From: an uncultured Candidatus Poseidoniales archaeon
GTDB lineage: Archaea > Thermoplasmatota > Poseidoniia > Poseidoniales > Thalassarchaeaceae
Direction of reading: 5' to 3'
Assembly (NCBI GenBank): GCA_964576865.1
Contig: CAZNVK010000001.1
Location: 50,697-114,696, forward strand
DNA length: 64,000 nt
How positions within the stretch are numbered: position 1 is the stretch's first letter; every line of letters begins with the position of its first letter. Position numbers and translations under genes: made by a program. Positions 28,270-39,000 of the stretch are shown here, piece by piece. The notes beneath the pieces were generated by a model. That model worked only from the letters and a program-made list of their open reading frames with translations, was not told the DNA's origin and made no database searches.

Positions 28270-31104
28270 TCACGGGTCTTCATCATCTCGCAAGCCTCGG
28301 CCTAGAGAATCCAATCTATCATCAAAGTCATCCAAATCGAGGACGATATTCTCTGGATGAATGATATCGCTCTCCTGCAATTGATCCGCCATCTCGATTG
28401 CGTCAAGAATCGTATCCTCTGCCAAAGCCTCATCCAGAACATCGCCGGCTTGTCCCACCACCTCAGCCTCAGGCCCAGCAGCCACGGCGCGCGAGTGGTC
28501 GCCCGATTTCTCCATGAATTCTGCTCGGAAGGAAACAACATCGGTCGTAGGGCTCTCAATGATTTCAGGTACTTCTTCATCGCTGCCCTCGAACTTTGCC
28601 ATCCAATCTCCGACCTCTTCGACGACGACTTCTGGATTCTGCTTGCGGTAATACTCGCGTTCCGCCTCGATTCGATGGCGTACCGCCAGCGCAACAGCCA
28701 CTGCACCCACAATGCTGACAGCGACGATTAGAATCGTATTCAACCATCTTTGCATGAAATTCGAGAAGGCCGACGGTCCCTCTGGCTCAACGGGCCCCGT
28801 CGGCCCCACCCCGTCGATTGCAGCCGAGTGCTCGACCAGGTGCACCACAGAGGGGTCGCGCACCGAGCGCACCTCGACCGTAAGAACCGCCGAGGCAGCA
28901 ATCGGAACTTCCTCAGGGATATCCATCCAGACCTCGAATTCCACAGAGCCTCCAACCGGCACATCGAGTAACTCAAATGATCGCGCATCGCCACCGCTCG
29001 AATGAGTATCTGCGCCCTCCGGAGCGACCACACCAAATCCGGTAAAATCGGTGCACTCAACACTTACCACCAAGCCATCGGGGCTATTGCCGACATTGCG
29101 CATCTGCCATAATCCGGTCAGGCGTCCATCAGCGATTTCCGCGTCCGACCTGATTACCTCCCAAGCGTGAACGGCCGCGATTGTCACCTCGAAACTGACC
29201 TCTGCTGGAACCCAACCGTCGACCTCCACCTCGATCCTCACCTCGCCGGTCAGTCCGGCCTGCAGACCAACCGCTGTCCAAGCGTTGACATCGATTCCGT
29301 GAACCGTCTGTCCCGGTCCGAGGAATCTCGTGTATTCGGAAATATTGACGACTAGCCAGTCTGGTTGGTCGACCAAACTGAGATTGAAGAGGAATGCTGC
29401 ATCACCGGTATTCTCGATGAACAGCTCCACGAGGCAGGAGTCACCGGGAGCGACGTCGAACATGCAATCGACATTGGTCAAGCCGAGTTCTCCGCCGGAG
29501 CGCGGCACGATGCTGACCGATTGATTGACGCGTTTGACCTCCTGCATTCCCTCCGCCCAGACTTGAATCATCATATCGAGGCGACCAACGGTGCGAATCG
29601 GAGACTGGACCTGCATACGAACCGTCGCGCTCTCGCCGGGAGACATATCTTCCAGCCCAGCCTTATCGTAAACGATCGCTGTCCACCCGTCGTGAGCAAA
29701 GGAATGGTCTGGCACCTCGATGGGCGAGCCGTTGGCATCAACTGCGGCGATGTTGATTCCGAGCGAATTGAGGGAATTACCGGCATTCATCAGAACCACC
29801 TCCAAGTCGACGATGCCTCCTGGGTCAATCGAGGCGCTGCCACCAGCTTCGACAACCTCGACCCCCTTCCATTCGCCGTAGCGCATCGAGAAATTCCACC
29901 AATCCTCATTGCCGGTGTGGTCGCCGACCAATCTGACGCTGAAATCGTGAATTGAATCGGCAAGCGGCGCCCCAACAATAACCTCAGGCGATGTCACCGA
30001 GAATTGCATCCACTGGACCTCATCACTCGGCGCATCGAAGGAATGGCCAACGCTCGGGTCTGCGGGATGAACCCAAGACACCTCCCAGCCTGCGGGCCCA
30101 TCCACCTGAATCATAGCAGTCGTATCCACCTCAGCGAGATTGGTGAAATTGACACCGACTCCAATCGTGGAGGCGGGGTCGATATTGAACACCGAACCCG
30201 AATCGACCCCGAACTCAACGCCGGGATCCTCGTACATCCAAGGATAGGTCAGCCCGTCTGCGACCGAGGTGTTGAACACGGTGTGGTCAGCCCATTGCTG
30301 TAGTTCGAGCGTGCGCGTAGCGTTGATTCCCCCAGTCGAAGGCAATCCGACCGATGGAATCCCGGTGATCGCGACATGAATCACGCAAGCTGCCAGGTAA
30401 GTCCCCTGAATCGAAGGGTGGCTATCGTCAGCGGCGTAAAGGTCTGAGAAAATCGTACCATCTGAGGTAGGATTGGTCAGCGAATCGAAGATATTCCAGT
30501 GGGCGAGTCCGACGGGGGCGACGAAGACAGGTCGGTCGGGCGTCGAGAGATTTTCCGCGTATGCCAGATAACCGGTCTTGAGATGGTGTTGCATGGTAGG
30601 AAAATCGGGGAATCTCCATTGATTATTGGAATCACCATTTCGATAACCCCAAGTCATCATGAAGAAGATTTCACCACCTCGTGCTTCGACGAGTTCGTCG
30701 ATGATCTGGGCGCCCTCGTAACTCTCTTGCCAGTAGGTCGAACTCGTAGGGAATCCAGGAACTTGACTCTGATCCTGCAAAATGACGTAATCATGTGGTT
30801 CTCGAAGCCTATCGTACCACTGAGTGCCTTCGGTCTCCGCCTGCTCACCATGCCACGACAGACGCTTACCTCCACTGGTCAGAGCTTGGACGTCAGGGGC
30901 ATGGTCAGAGGCGTCGAGAAGATTATTCAAACGCACGTGCAATTGGTTGTTTGAGGTGTATGAATTACCCAACATCACGATGTCGAGGGCCGGCTGATCA
31001 TGGCTCGACTCGGCCCTCGCACTGTCCTCAAAAAGCATGCTCGGCGAATGCAAAGAAGCCAGAATTAGGAATACGAGGATTACACCCGTTTGGCACCCTC
31101 GCAT
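28270..31104 (-). CDS. Membrane-anchored SGNH/GDSL-like hydrolase with Ig-like repeats
   Basis: Signal peptide, LGNSYT, LQDQSQ and DDSHP motifs, N.GN..D repeats, TM segment and acidic tail. Confidence 0.75.
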   Translation of the reverse strand: MRGCQTGVILVFLILASLHSPSMLFEDSARAESSHDQPALDIVMLGNSYTSNNQLHVRLNNLLDASDHAPDVQALTSGGKRLSWHGEQAETEGTQWYDRLREPHDYVILQDQSQVPGFPTSSTYWQESYEGAQIIDELVEARGGEIFFMMTWGYRNGDSNNQWRFPDFPTMQHHLKTGYLAYAENLSTPDRPVFVAPVGLAHWNIFDSLTNPTSDGTIFSDLYAADDSHPSIQGTYLAACVIHVAITGIPSVGLPSTGGINATRTLELQQWADHTVFNTSVADGLTYPWMYEDPGVEFGVDSGSVFNIDPASTIGVGVNFTNLAEVDTTAMIQVDGPAGWEVSWVHPADPSVGHSFDAPSDEVQWMQFSVTSPEVIVGAPLADSIHDFSVRLVGDHTGNEDWWNFSMRYGEWKGVEVVEAGGSASIDPGGIVDLEVVLMNAGNSLNSLGINIAAVDANGSPIEVPDHSFAHDGWTAIVYDKAGLEDMSPGESATVRMQVQSPIRTVGRLDMMIQVWAEGMQEVKRVNQSVSIVPRSGGELGLTNVDCMFDVAPGDSCLVELFIENTGDAAFLFNLSLVDQPDWLVVNISEYTRFLGPGQTVHGIDVNAWTAVGLQAGLTGEVRIEVEVDGWVPAEVSFEVTIAAVHAWEVIRSDAEIADGRLTGLWQMRNVGNSPDGLVVSVECTDFTGFGVVAPEGADTHSSGGDARSFELLDVPVGGSVEFEVWMDIPEEVPIAASAVLTVEVRSVRDPSVVHLVEHSAAIDGVGPTGPVEPEGPSAFSNFMQRWLNTILIVAVSIVGAVAVALAVRHRIEAEREYYRKQNPEVVVEEVGDWMAKFEGSDEEVPEIIESPTTDVVSFRAEFMEKSGDHSRAVAAGPEAEVVGQAGDVLDEALAEDTILDAIEMADQLQESDIIHPENIVLDLDDFDDRLDSLGRGLRDDEDP

Positions 31105-31198
31105 GGGCGACGCTCATCGTTCTCGTCTTTGATTCCTACCCTTTGTTGATGATTCGTGGCGGGGAAGGGTCTATGGTGCTGGGTGCTGTTGCAGCCAC

Positions 31199-31378
31199 AT
31201 GGCATGGCCATTTGGGAAGAAGAGCGCCCCCGTCGAAGCCAAGCCTGCGCCGAAGAAGGCACAGGTGGTTGAGTACGAGAGAAAGCCCGACAAGAAGCAG
31301 AAGGAGTTGATCGATGACAAGAGTCATCTCAAGCAGAAATCCTTCCTCGATGCGATGGCGCTTCTGGGCGACGATTGA
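31199..31378 (+). CDS. Small protein (59 aa) not in the ORF track
   Basis: ATG 31199 to TGA 31378 reads MAWPFGKKSAPVEAKPAPKKAQVVEYERKPDKKQKELIDDKSHLKQKSFLDAMALLGDD and fills the gap between flanking genes. Confidence 0.65.
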   Translation: MAWPFGKKSAPVEAKPAPKKAQVVEYERKPDKKQKELIDDKSHLKQKSFLDAMALLGDD

Positions 31379-31386
31379 ATCAGCCG

Positions 31387-33141
31387 TCAGAGGACTGGGT
31401 CGGGGATTGCACGGCCTAGTGCATCGATGTCGAAATCTCCGGCTTGAATCGGTACGCGAAGGCCGAATTCTGAGCCTACCGCTGGGTCGAGTTCTCCGAA
31501 TTGTCCCACTTCCTCCCCTGAGACTAGGGCTTTTGCTCCACGTCCCTCAAGCCATGGTCCCTCATTGGGTTGGGTCGCTTCCCATTCGACCTCTGCGAGG
31601 TCGGCTCCGAGGTCGCGGAGGAAAGCTTGTGCGATTCCTTTGGCGGCTGTGAAGCCTCCTGCGACCTCTGCGCAAGCCCAGGCTGCTCGGGTTGCGTTGT
31701 GTGAGTCGTGGACGACGGTTCCGAGTTCGTAGACACGTTGCGGGAGTTCGTGGTGGCGGTTCGCTGCAAGGAGTTGGAGAAGGCTTGGGAGGATACGCTG
31801 GCGCATCATCGTGTGGTCGATGGTGATTGGGTTTGCTAGGGTGGTTGTTGTTGCTAGGGCAGGCCAGCGGGTATGTTCGAATTGGACTCGGTCATTGGAT
31901 AGGGTGAGGCTCTGTGTCTCTTGCAGGTTGAGTGAGCGGAGGCTTTCACGGGCTCTGCGGTGTAGGTGGGCTGATGGGAGTGGGATAGCGTCGAGGTGGA
32001 CGGCTGAATGGATGGTTGGCATATTGTCATAGCCGTATCCTATCGCTATGTCCTCGACGATGTCCACTGGATGCATGATGTCTGAGCGCCAGCGCGGCAT
32101 GGCGATAACGTGCTCGCGCTCACCGACTTCTAGGTCGGCCCAGCGCTCGGCCTTGTTGACGCCGTCTGTAACCGCGCGCGAGGCGAGGTGAGTGCCGCCC
32201 ATTCGCTGGATTGCGACTGCGATTTGCTCGCTGTCGAGGGTGAGTCCTAGGACTCGGTTGATGAGGCGGTCTGAGACTCTGTGCTCGCGCGCCTGCATGT
32301 TCGGGGTCATGCGAACCTGTCCGTCGTGTCCTGTGACCTGAACCTGCTCGATTGTTCCTCCGCGCTCGGCTAGGGAGAGACAGACTAGTAGTAGACAGGC
32401 TTCGACTGCGCGCTGGTCCCAACCAGTTACGTCGATGAAGAAGTCGGTTGTCGATTCGGTGACGGTTGTGTGGTCGCCGTTGATGATGGGTGGAAATGAG
32501 AGGACGGCGTCGTTGGCGTCGAGGATGACAGGGTAGCTGTCTAGATCTTCCATCAGGTAGGCGTACTCGACGCCCTTGGGGTGTTGTGTGAGGATTTCAT
32601 CGATGCTCATCTCCTCGCTGGTTGCGAGTGGGATGAAAGAGTAGATTCCCGGGACTGTTTCGACGCGGAATGGTGGTGCGAGGGTCGAGAGGTCGTGAAC
32701 ACCGATCGATGAGAACCGCCGACGACGTCCGAGACTCAGGTGCAGTTTTTCTTGGTGATCCATGAGCGATTGGATGAACTCGTCTATTTCTTCAGCGGTC
32801 TGCCCCGTGTTCACTCCTCTTACGACCGCGGCAAGAATGACCGGACGCACGGCTTCGAGGCTTGGGTCGACTGTCAGGGTCATTCCGCTGTCAACAGTTT
32901 CAACCGAAGGATTCTGCACCTCGTTCGCAAGGAAAGCACGGGAGGCGCGGGCCATCGTCTCATGACTGAGAAGGTCGGGGCGGTCGGGAAAGACTTCGAT
33001 CTCGATTCCTTCCTCGTCGCTACCTTCGACAACGCAGCCGATTTGTGATAGTCGGACTACCCAATCCTCGACATCGTACTCGGCCCCGTTCAGGGCTTGA
33101 ACCGAACGGAGTGTTGAGTGATTGAGGGTGATAGTTGGCAA
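31387..33141 (-). CDS. pheT: Phenylalanine--tRNA ligase beta subunit
   Basis: EVFPDRPDLLS, QEKLH..LGRRR, SFPPIING, RSDIMHPVDIVEDIAIGYGY. TTG start with GAGGTGAG SD. Confidence 0.95.
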   Translation of the reverse strand: MPTITLNHSTLRSVQALNGAEYDVEDWVVRLSQIGCVVEGSDEEGIEIEVFPDRPDLLSHETMARASRAFLANEVQNPSVETVDSGMTLTVDPSLEAVRPVILAAVVRGVNTGQTAEEIDEFIQSLMDHQEKLHLSLGRRRRFSSIGVHDLSTLAPPFRVETVPGIYSFIPLATSEEMSIDEILTQHPKGVEYAYLMEDLDSYPVILDANDAVLSFPPIINGDHTTVTESTTDFFIDVTGWDQRAVEACLLLVCLSLAERGGTIEQVQVTGHDGQVRMTPNMQAREHRVSDRLINRVLGLTLDSEQIAVAIQRMGGTHLASRAVTDGVNKAERWADLEVGEREHVIAMPRWRSDIMHPVDIVEDIAIGYGYDNMPTIHSAVHLDAIPLPSAHLHRRARESLRSLNLQETQSLTLSNDRVQFEHTRWPALATTTTLANPITIDHTMMRQRILPSLLQLLAANRHHELPQRVYELGTVVHDSHNATRAAWACAEVAGGFTAAKGIAQAFLRDLGADLAEVEWEATQPNEGPWLEGRGAKALVSGEEVGQFGELDPAVGSEFGLRVPIQAGDFDIDALGRAIPDPVL

Positions 33142-33150
33142 TTTCTCACC

Positions 33151-34692
33151 TCAATTACCGAGCCACATCGGGAGGGGTCGATCATATCCGACTAGTCTGA
33201 GCCCGGAAATCGCTGCAGTATCGTGGTCGAGGGCTCGTAGATTTCGTCGGCTGAGTTCCGCGAGGTCACTGATTCCAAGCTCGCGCATCCATCCGCGGAG
33301 CGTGCCATCCACCCAATTCATTGCGCCCTCGTAATCATCGTCCAATGGAGGCGCGACAATCGCCGTACAGCCCGCTGCGCGGGCAATCAGGAGGTCTTCT
33401 GCAGAGGGGGCTTCGTCTAGTTCGAGAAGGATGGTTCTGCCTTGGTTAGGGAGATTCATCGCGCGGGCGACTAGACCGATCCGAGGTAGAGCGGCGGCGG
33501 CGCGGGAGCCACCAGCTGCTGCGACATCTACGACCGCGCCATCAAGGTCGAGATCCACAACCAAACGGAAGAGGTGTTCAACCCTTGAGACACTGTCCTT
33601 GATGAAGACAAGAGAATCGTCAGCCATGCGGCTGTACAATGAAACCAAGAGTGCTTCGATTTCAGCATCGTTTAGTGCAGGAAGACCGGTCAAATCCAAG
33701 ACCATGCCTGCACAGTTCTGGATTAGGCTAGCCGCTTCGAGCAGGTTATCCTCTCGAACCAGCATCAAATCGTTGACCCTGGGTTCGGAAGTGACCAGAC
33801 CTGGCTGAGAGACTCCATATTTTCCGGTTGCGGCAGTCATCCTATCTGTTTCGATTATCCAAGGTAGAGGTGCCAACAATCCATTTTCATCTTGGCCTGC
33901 TGGAAGAATCAGAGTAAGTGTGTCAAGAACTGATTGTGTAGAGAGTCTGTCGCGAGCTGATGGCACGAGGGTGATTCCTTCGAATCCCTCGCTGACCTTG
34001 CTATCGGGGACTTCTCCGAGCGGAGGTCCATCAGAGCTAGGGGCGATTACGAGCGCATCAGAGTCGAGTTGCAACCCAAGGGGCTCAAGTTGTAGGGCGA
34101 GTTCATCGAGCTCGGCCGCTTCGACCGACCGCATCGCCGCGCCCTCTCCCGGCGGTGGGCAGGATCCAGCGACGATTACTCGCCCACCGAGCATACCTCT
34201 TCCTGGTTCGGCTGCGGTATTCCCAAGAATCACGATCGTTCCACCCTCCATGGCGGCTCCGCTGGCCTTCCCCGCGTGTCCGCGGACGATCAGAGTGCCT
34301 CCGAGCATTCCAGCACCAGATTCGTCGCCGGCTGAGCCTTGTACCACGATTTCGCCCCCGCTCATGCGATGGCCCGTTCGATCTCCCGCATCTCGCTCGA
34401 TGGTGATCCGTCCATCTTTTTGGAAAGCGCCGAGCATCGACGTGCACCCGCCTTGAAGTGTGAATGTCCCACCATCGTTCATCGCCCCCGCGCACTCGCC
34501 CAATTCTCCGAGGAGAAGCACTCTCGAAGCAGGGGGGAGGTGGGTGACAACACCGATCTCACCTTTCTTCGGTTTTTCATCGCCTTGTTTGCCCCAACCG
34601 ATGCGTACCAAAAGGTCACGTTCAAGGGCTTGTTCAAGCATCTTGTCAAGGTCGCGATTGAGTTTGATGCTCTTCGCAGTGACGTCGCGCAT
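33151..34692 (-). CDS. GXGXG (FwdC/GltB domain 3) beta-helix fused to a degenerate glutamate-synthase FMN-barrel-like domain
   Basis: Repeated G..M.GG.I.V.G.AG units and a GltB/MgsC-like C-terminus MRELGISDLAELSRRNLRAL...ISGLRLVG. Start 34692 or 34731. Confidence 0.7.
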   Translation of the reverse strand: MRDVTAKSIKLNRDLDKMLEQALERDLLVRIGWGKQGDEKPKKGEIGVVTHLPPASRVLLLGELGECAGAMNDGGTFTLQGGCTSMLGAFQKDGRITIERDAGDRTGHRMSGGEIVVQGSAGDESGAGMLGGTLIVRGHAGKASGAAMEGGTIVILGNTAAEPGRGMLGGRVIVAGSCPPPGEGAAMRSVEAAELDELALQLEPLGLQLDSDALVIAPSSDGPPLGEVPDSKVSEGFEGITLVPSARDRLSTQSVLDTLTLILPAGQDENGLLAPLPWIIETDRMTAATGKYGVSQPGLVTSEPRVNDLMLVREDNLLEAASLIQNCAGMVLDLTGLPALNDAEIEALLVSLYSRMADDSLVFIKDSVSRVEHLFRLVVDLDLDGAVVDVAAAGGSRAAAALPRIGLVARAMNLPNQGRTILLELDEAPSAEDLLIARAAGCTAIVAPPLDDDYEGAMNWVDGTLRGWMRELGISDLAELSRRNLRALDHDTAAISGLRLVGYDRPLPMWLGN

Positions 34693-34860
34693 GCTCTTCC
34701 CCAACCGAGACGGAATGGCTGCAGTCTTCATTCTGACGGGAGGCCAAATAGCACAGGTACGGATATCTCTTGCCGATTGAGGAGGCCGTCTGGCGAGAGC
34801 ATCATTGATAGAGGGCAGGCGACGGCGACGATTCGCCCGAAGGGCGCATGGGGTCACACC

Positions 34861-35901
34861 ATGGGGATAATCAAGGTCGCAATCAACGGATTCGGAACTA
34901 TCGGAAAGCGAGTCGCTGACGCGGTTGACGCACAAGACGATATGGAGATTGTAGGGGTAACCAAAACCGGACCTTCCTTCGGCTGCGATCTCGCAGTCAA
35001 GAAAGGATTCCCACTCTACTGCACCTTCGATGATGAGGCGCGAATCGCAGCCTTCGGCGAGCAGGGCTACGATTGCAAGGGCGGTCTTTCAGACCTGCTC
35101 GACGCAGCCGATGTAGTCGTCGATTGTGCACCCGGCAAGATGGGTGCTGACAATCTTGCGAAGTACAAGGCGGCTGGCATCAAGCACATGTTCCAAGGCG
35201 GGGAGAAGCACGCCTTGACCGGCCTCTCGTACACCTCCTGTGCAAACCACGAGGCCAACCTCAATGCTGACGGCACTCGAGTTGTATCTTGCAATACCAC
35301 CGGACTCTCCCGAACCCTCGTGCCGCTCTATAACCACTGCGGCTCGCTCAAGGTCGAGTGCACGATGATTCGTCGAGCCGCAGATCCCGGCGACTCGAAG
35401 AAGGGTCCGATCAACGCCATCAAGCCGGTTCTCAAGGTGCCTAGCCACCACGGGCCAGACGTGATGACAGTGAAGCCTGAGATTGAGATCAACTCGCTCG
35501 CAGTAGCCGTCCCAACCACCTTAATGCACGTCCACTCAATCATCGCTGACCTACCCTCCGGGCATGGTCTCACAACCGAATCGATACTCGAGATGTGGAA
35601 GGACTCGCCGCGAGTCATTGTAATGCATGGCACAGAGAATAAAATTACCACCACCGCTGAGGTCATGGAGATGGCTCGCGATATCGGTCGCAAGTGGGGA
35701 GATTTGCACGAGATCTTCGTTTGGGAAGATGGAGTGAAATTGGTCGGCGACCGACTGTACTACTTCCAAGCAATCCATCAGGAAAGCGATGTCATTCCAG
35801 AGAATGTGGACTGCATTCGCGCCCTGATGGGAACCGAATCCGATTGGCGAGCATCGGTTGCAAAGACCGATGCGGCAATCGATGCTTACTACGGATTGTA
35901 A
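34861..35901 (+). CDS. gap: Glyceraldehyde-3-phosphate dehydrogenase, archaeal type II
   Basis: VAINGFGTIGKRVADAV, QGGEK, VVSCNTTGL, PSHHGPDV and QAIHQESDVIPENVD. Confidence 0.95.
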   Translation: MGIIKVAINGFGTIGKRVADAVDAQDDMEIVGVTKTGPSFGCDLAVKKGFPLYCTFDDEARIAAFGEQGYDCKGGLSDLLDAADVVVDCAPGKMGADNLAKYKAAGIKHMFQGGEKHALTGLSYTSCANHEANLNADGTRVVSCNTTGLSRTLVPLYNHCGSLKVECTMIRRAADPGDSKKGPINAIKPVLKVPSHHGPDVMTVKPEIEINSLAVAVPTTLMHVHSIIADLPSGHGLTTESILEMWKDSPRVIVMHGTENKITTTAEVMEMARDIGRKWGDLHEIFVWEDGVKLVGDRLYYFQAIHQESDVIPENVDCIRALMGTESDWRASVAKTDAAIDAYYGL

Positions 35902-36042
35902 GCCGATTAAACCCCCTTGTTGTAACCAATTTCCACTTGGGAATTCCTTTGGAATTCCGCATAGAACGTTGGGAATAACCTGAATTGACCTATGGTCAAT
36001 CAACATCAACGGTCAAAAGCCCCTCAAGGGTCCGAGGAACTC

Positions 36043-39000
36043 ATGAATGACCGCCGCATGGTTCTCTTGACCCTTGTCATGCTCATGCTGAGCGGTTGGT
36101 CAGCCGGTCTCGTGACAGCCACCTCAAACGATGAGGTTAATGCGCCGCAGCACATCGGTTCTGAGGCCGCTACCTCCGACTTCATGTCATTCTCAAATGT
36201 CGATGAATCGACTCATGAGTTGCGTTCTAATAGCGGATTAATCCACTCTCCCTTCGGCTCGTTCGACCCATTGGAACAGCCGTTGCCCATCGGACCTGAG
36301 AATATCTACGATCCAGCAGCTCTCGAGAGAACCCGTTTCGCCCTCGTCCAATCGACTTCGGCAGACCTCACGCAACTGTATTTCGCTCTCGGCGAGTTCG
36401 GGGTAAATAGTATCGAGACCGTTCCTGACGACACATTCCTGATTCAAATCCCCCGCAATCTCGATGCACGGCAGACCCTCGCCGATTTGAGAGAATCCGA
36501 GTATGTCCGATGGGCTGGCGAATTACCGATATCTTGGAGGGTTAGTCCAGCCATAGCTGCGATTGCTGGCCGACAAGCGGTCACAGTAGATCTCGACCTC
36601 ACCCCTACACCAGGGTTGAGCAGCGTCGAACTCGAATCGCTATCCCAAGACCTTCTTTCGATATCCGGAGAAGTTGGTCCTCGGTCGATCTGCGATGCTC
36701 ACCTCTGCCAGCCCAAGGCTGTCAATGCGATCTGGATTCCTATTCTTGCGATGGATGGCCGCATTCTCCATCTCCACGAGTCATCGCGCTTGACTATCCA
36801 CAATTCCGTCGCCAGCCAAATTGCTGGAATCAGCCAGGCCTTAGTCGACTCCGCTAACACACTCAATGGAAGTGGCGAGGTCCTCGCAATCTCAGACACA
36901 GGGCTAGACGCGGATCACGGTGACTTTGACGGACGCGTGCGAGGAATTTACCACCAATTCGGGCCTGACAATTCGGCACTGGACCGTAACTCCGGTCACG
37001 GAACACACGTTGCCGCAACCCTTCTTGGTGATGGTTCCGGCGATATCTCGGCTCTCGGAATGGTTCCTGCGGCGACATTCCACTTCTACCAACTAGAGGT
37101 CGATTCATCCGGCATCATGGCCCGATGGGGATCACTCTACGATATGTTCAGCCACTCTTGGCAGAATTCTGCTCGCATCCAAACCAATTCGTGGGGTAAT
37201 GAGAATTTGGTAGGAGAATACAGTTCAGATTCCCGCTCTGCAGATGCATTCATCGTCGATAATCCGCGCTTCTTAGTTCTCTTCTCGGCTGGAGACCTCG
37301 GTGCCGACGGTCCTAGCACTATCACTCCGCCAGGCACCGCCAAGAATGTCTTGACGGTTGGTGCGTCGACCACTGGCTCTGAAGGTTCCGATCCAGCTGG
37401 CGACGTCCCGGACTTCTCTTCAATGGGCGCCACCCTCGACGGTCGAATCAAACCAGATCTTGTTGCACCGGGAGTCCTGCTCTGCTCAGCACAAGCCGAA
37501 GAAGCCCAGAGTCCTGATGGGGAGTCCTGCACCAGTGCCACACACGATGACGGCTCGACCCCACTGTACATGTCACTGAATGGCTCCTCGATGGCAACAG
37601 CCGTTGCCGCAGGCGGAGCGACGATGCTTCGACAACACCTTCGAACCGAGCAGGGAATCACTGAACCGCGCTCAGACCTAATCAAGGCGATTCTCATCAA
37701 CTCGGCTAACGACATAGGAAGCGCGGACATTCCCAATGCAGCAGAAGGCTGGGGCCAGATTGATGTCGCTAATGCAATCCAGCCCCGCGAGTCGGGAACA
37801 GACCTCAATCTGCTCTATGACGATTCCAGACAACTTGAACCCGGCCATAGTTTCGTCTACACCTTCGACGTGGACAACTCAGCCGGCCTCGATGTGACAC
37901 TTGTTTGGGTTGATTCTGAATCATCAACCATCTCCAATCAAAGCGCTGCCAAATTGGTCAACGATCTCGATTTAACAGCGACTTCACCTGATGGCACGGA
38001 ATATCTCGGTAATGTCTTCGCCAGTGGACAGTCAACGGCCGGCGGCTCCGCTGACCGATTAAATAATGTCGAACGAGTCAGTATCCCGGCCGGCAACGGT
38101 GGCATGTGGACGATCACAATCGGCCACGCTGGAGGTCTGACGCAATCATTCGCCCTCGTCGCAACTGGTCTTCTGCAAGAGGAGACCACCGCTGATCTCA
38201 CCGTATTCGAAGGCTCACTTTCGACATCCATCCTCGCTCCTCTACAAGGCGACACAGTTCTTGTCGAAGCCGCTTGGAGAAATCAGGCCGCCAAGGCCAG
38301 TGGCGCTTATACAGTCGAAATAGAGGACCTGACTGAGGGAACGATTCTATACACCTCAAACCGCAATTCGCTAGCCGGCGGAGCCTCAGCCTCCCTATCC
38401 TTCCCCCATGTCTTCCAAACGACTGGCGAACATATTCTCGAGTTGAGGCTCGACACCGGGGACGACGTCATTGAACTTAATGACGAGAATACCGGTGTCG
38501 ACAATAATCGCTACCAGTTGACTGTACAAATCTCCCAGATAGGTGTCAGAATTACCCCCCTTATGGAAGACGGTTCAATCCCACAAACCCCTGTGGATCT
38601 AGCCCAAGCGATGACCCGAACCCTCGACCCGAGCACTGGTAGCATAATCATCTATGATTTCATTCTCCAGAACGAGGGAACCTCGCCAATCAGCGTCGGC
38701 CTCTCGGTAACCCCTCTGCAACGAATTGATGATCAGGGAATCCTTCAAGCACCGAGGGATGAGTGGTGGAAATTACTCAACGAGACAGGTCCATGGGACC
38801 TAGCAGAGGGAGGGAATGAAGGAGATTCGACTCGAGTTACACTAACTCTTGAGGACGTTGACGCCGACCTGACCGACCCGACGGGAGCACGCTACGCTCT
38901 TCCCGGTACCTTCGTCAACGATCTGAATCTCTTCGACAAGAATGCACCGACGGTCTCTCATACTATTCGTGTGACCTCGACCGTCGAGCGCATCGAAGGA

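Noticed and set aside
34339..34935. Long head-to-head overlap between gap and the GXGXG gene
   Set aside because: It is an artefact of longest-ORF starts. Plausible starts at 34861 and about 34692 remove the overlap.
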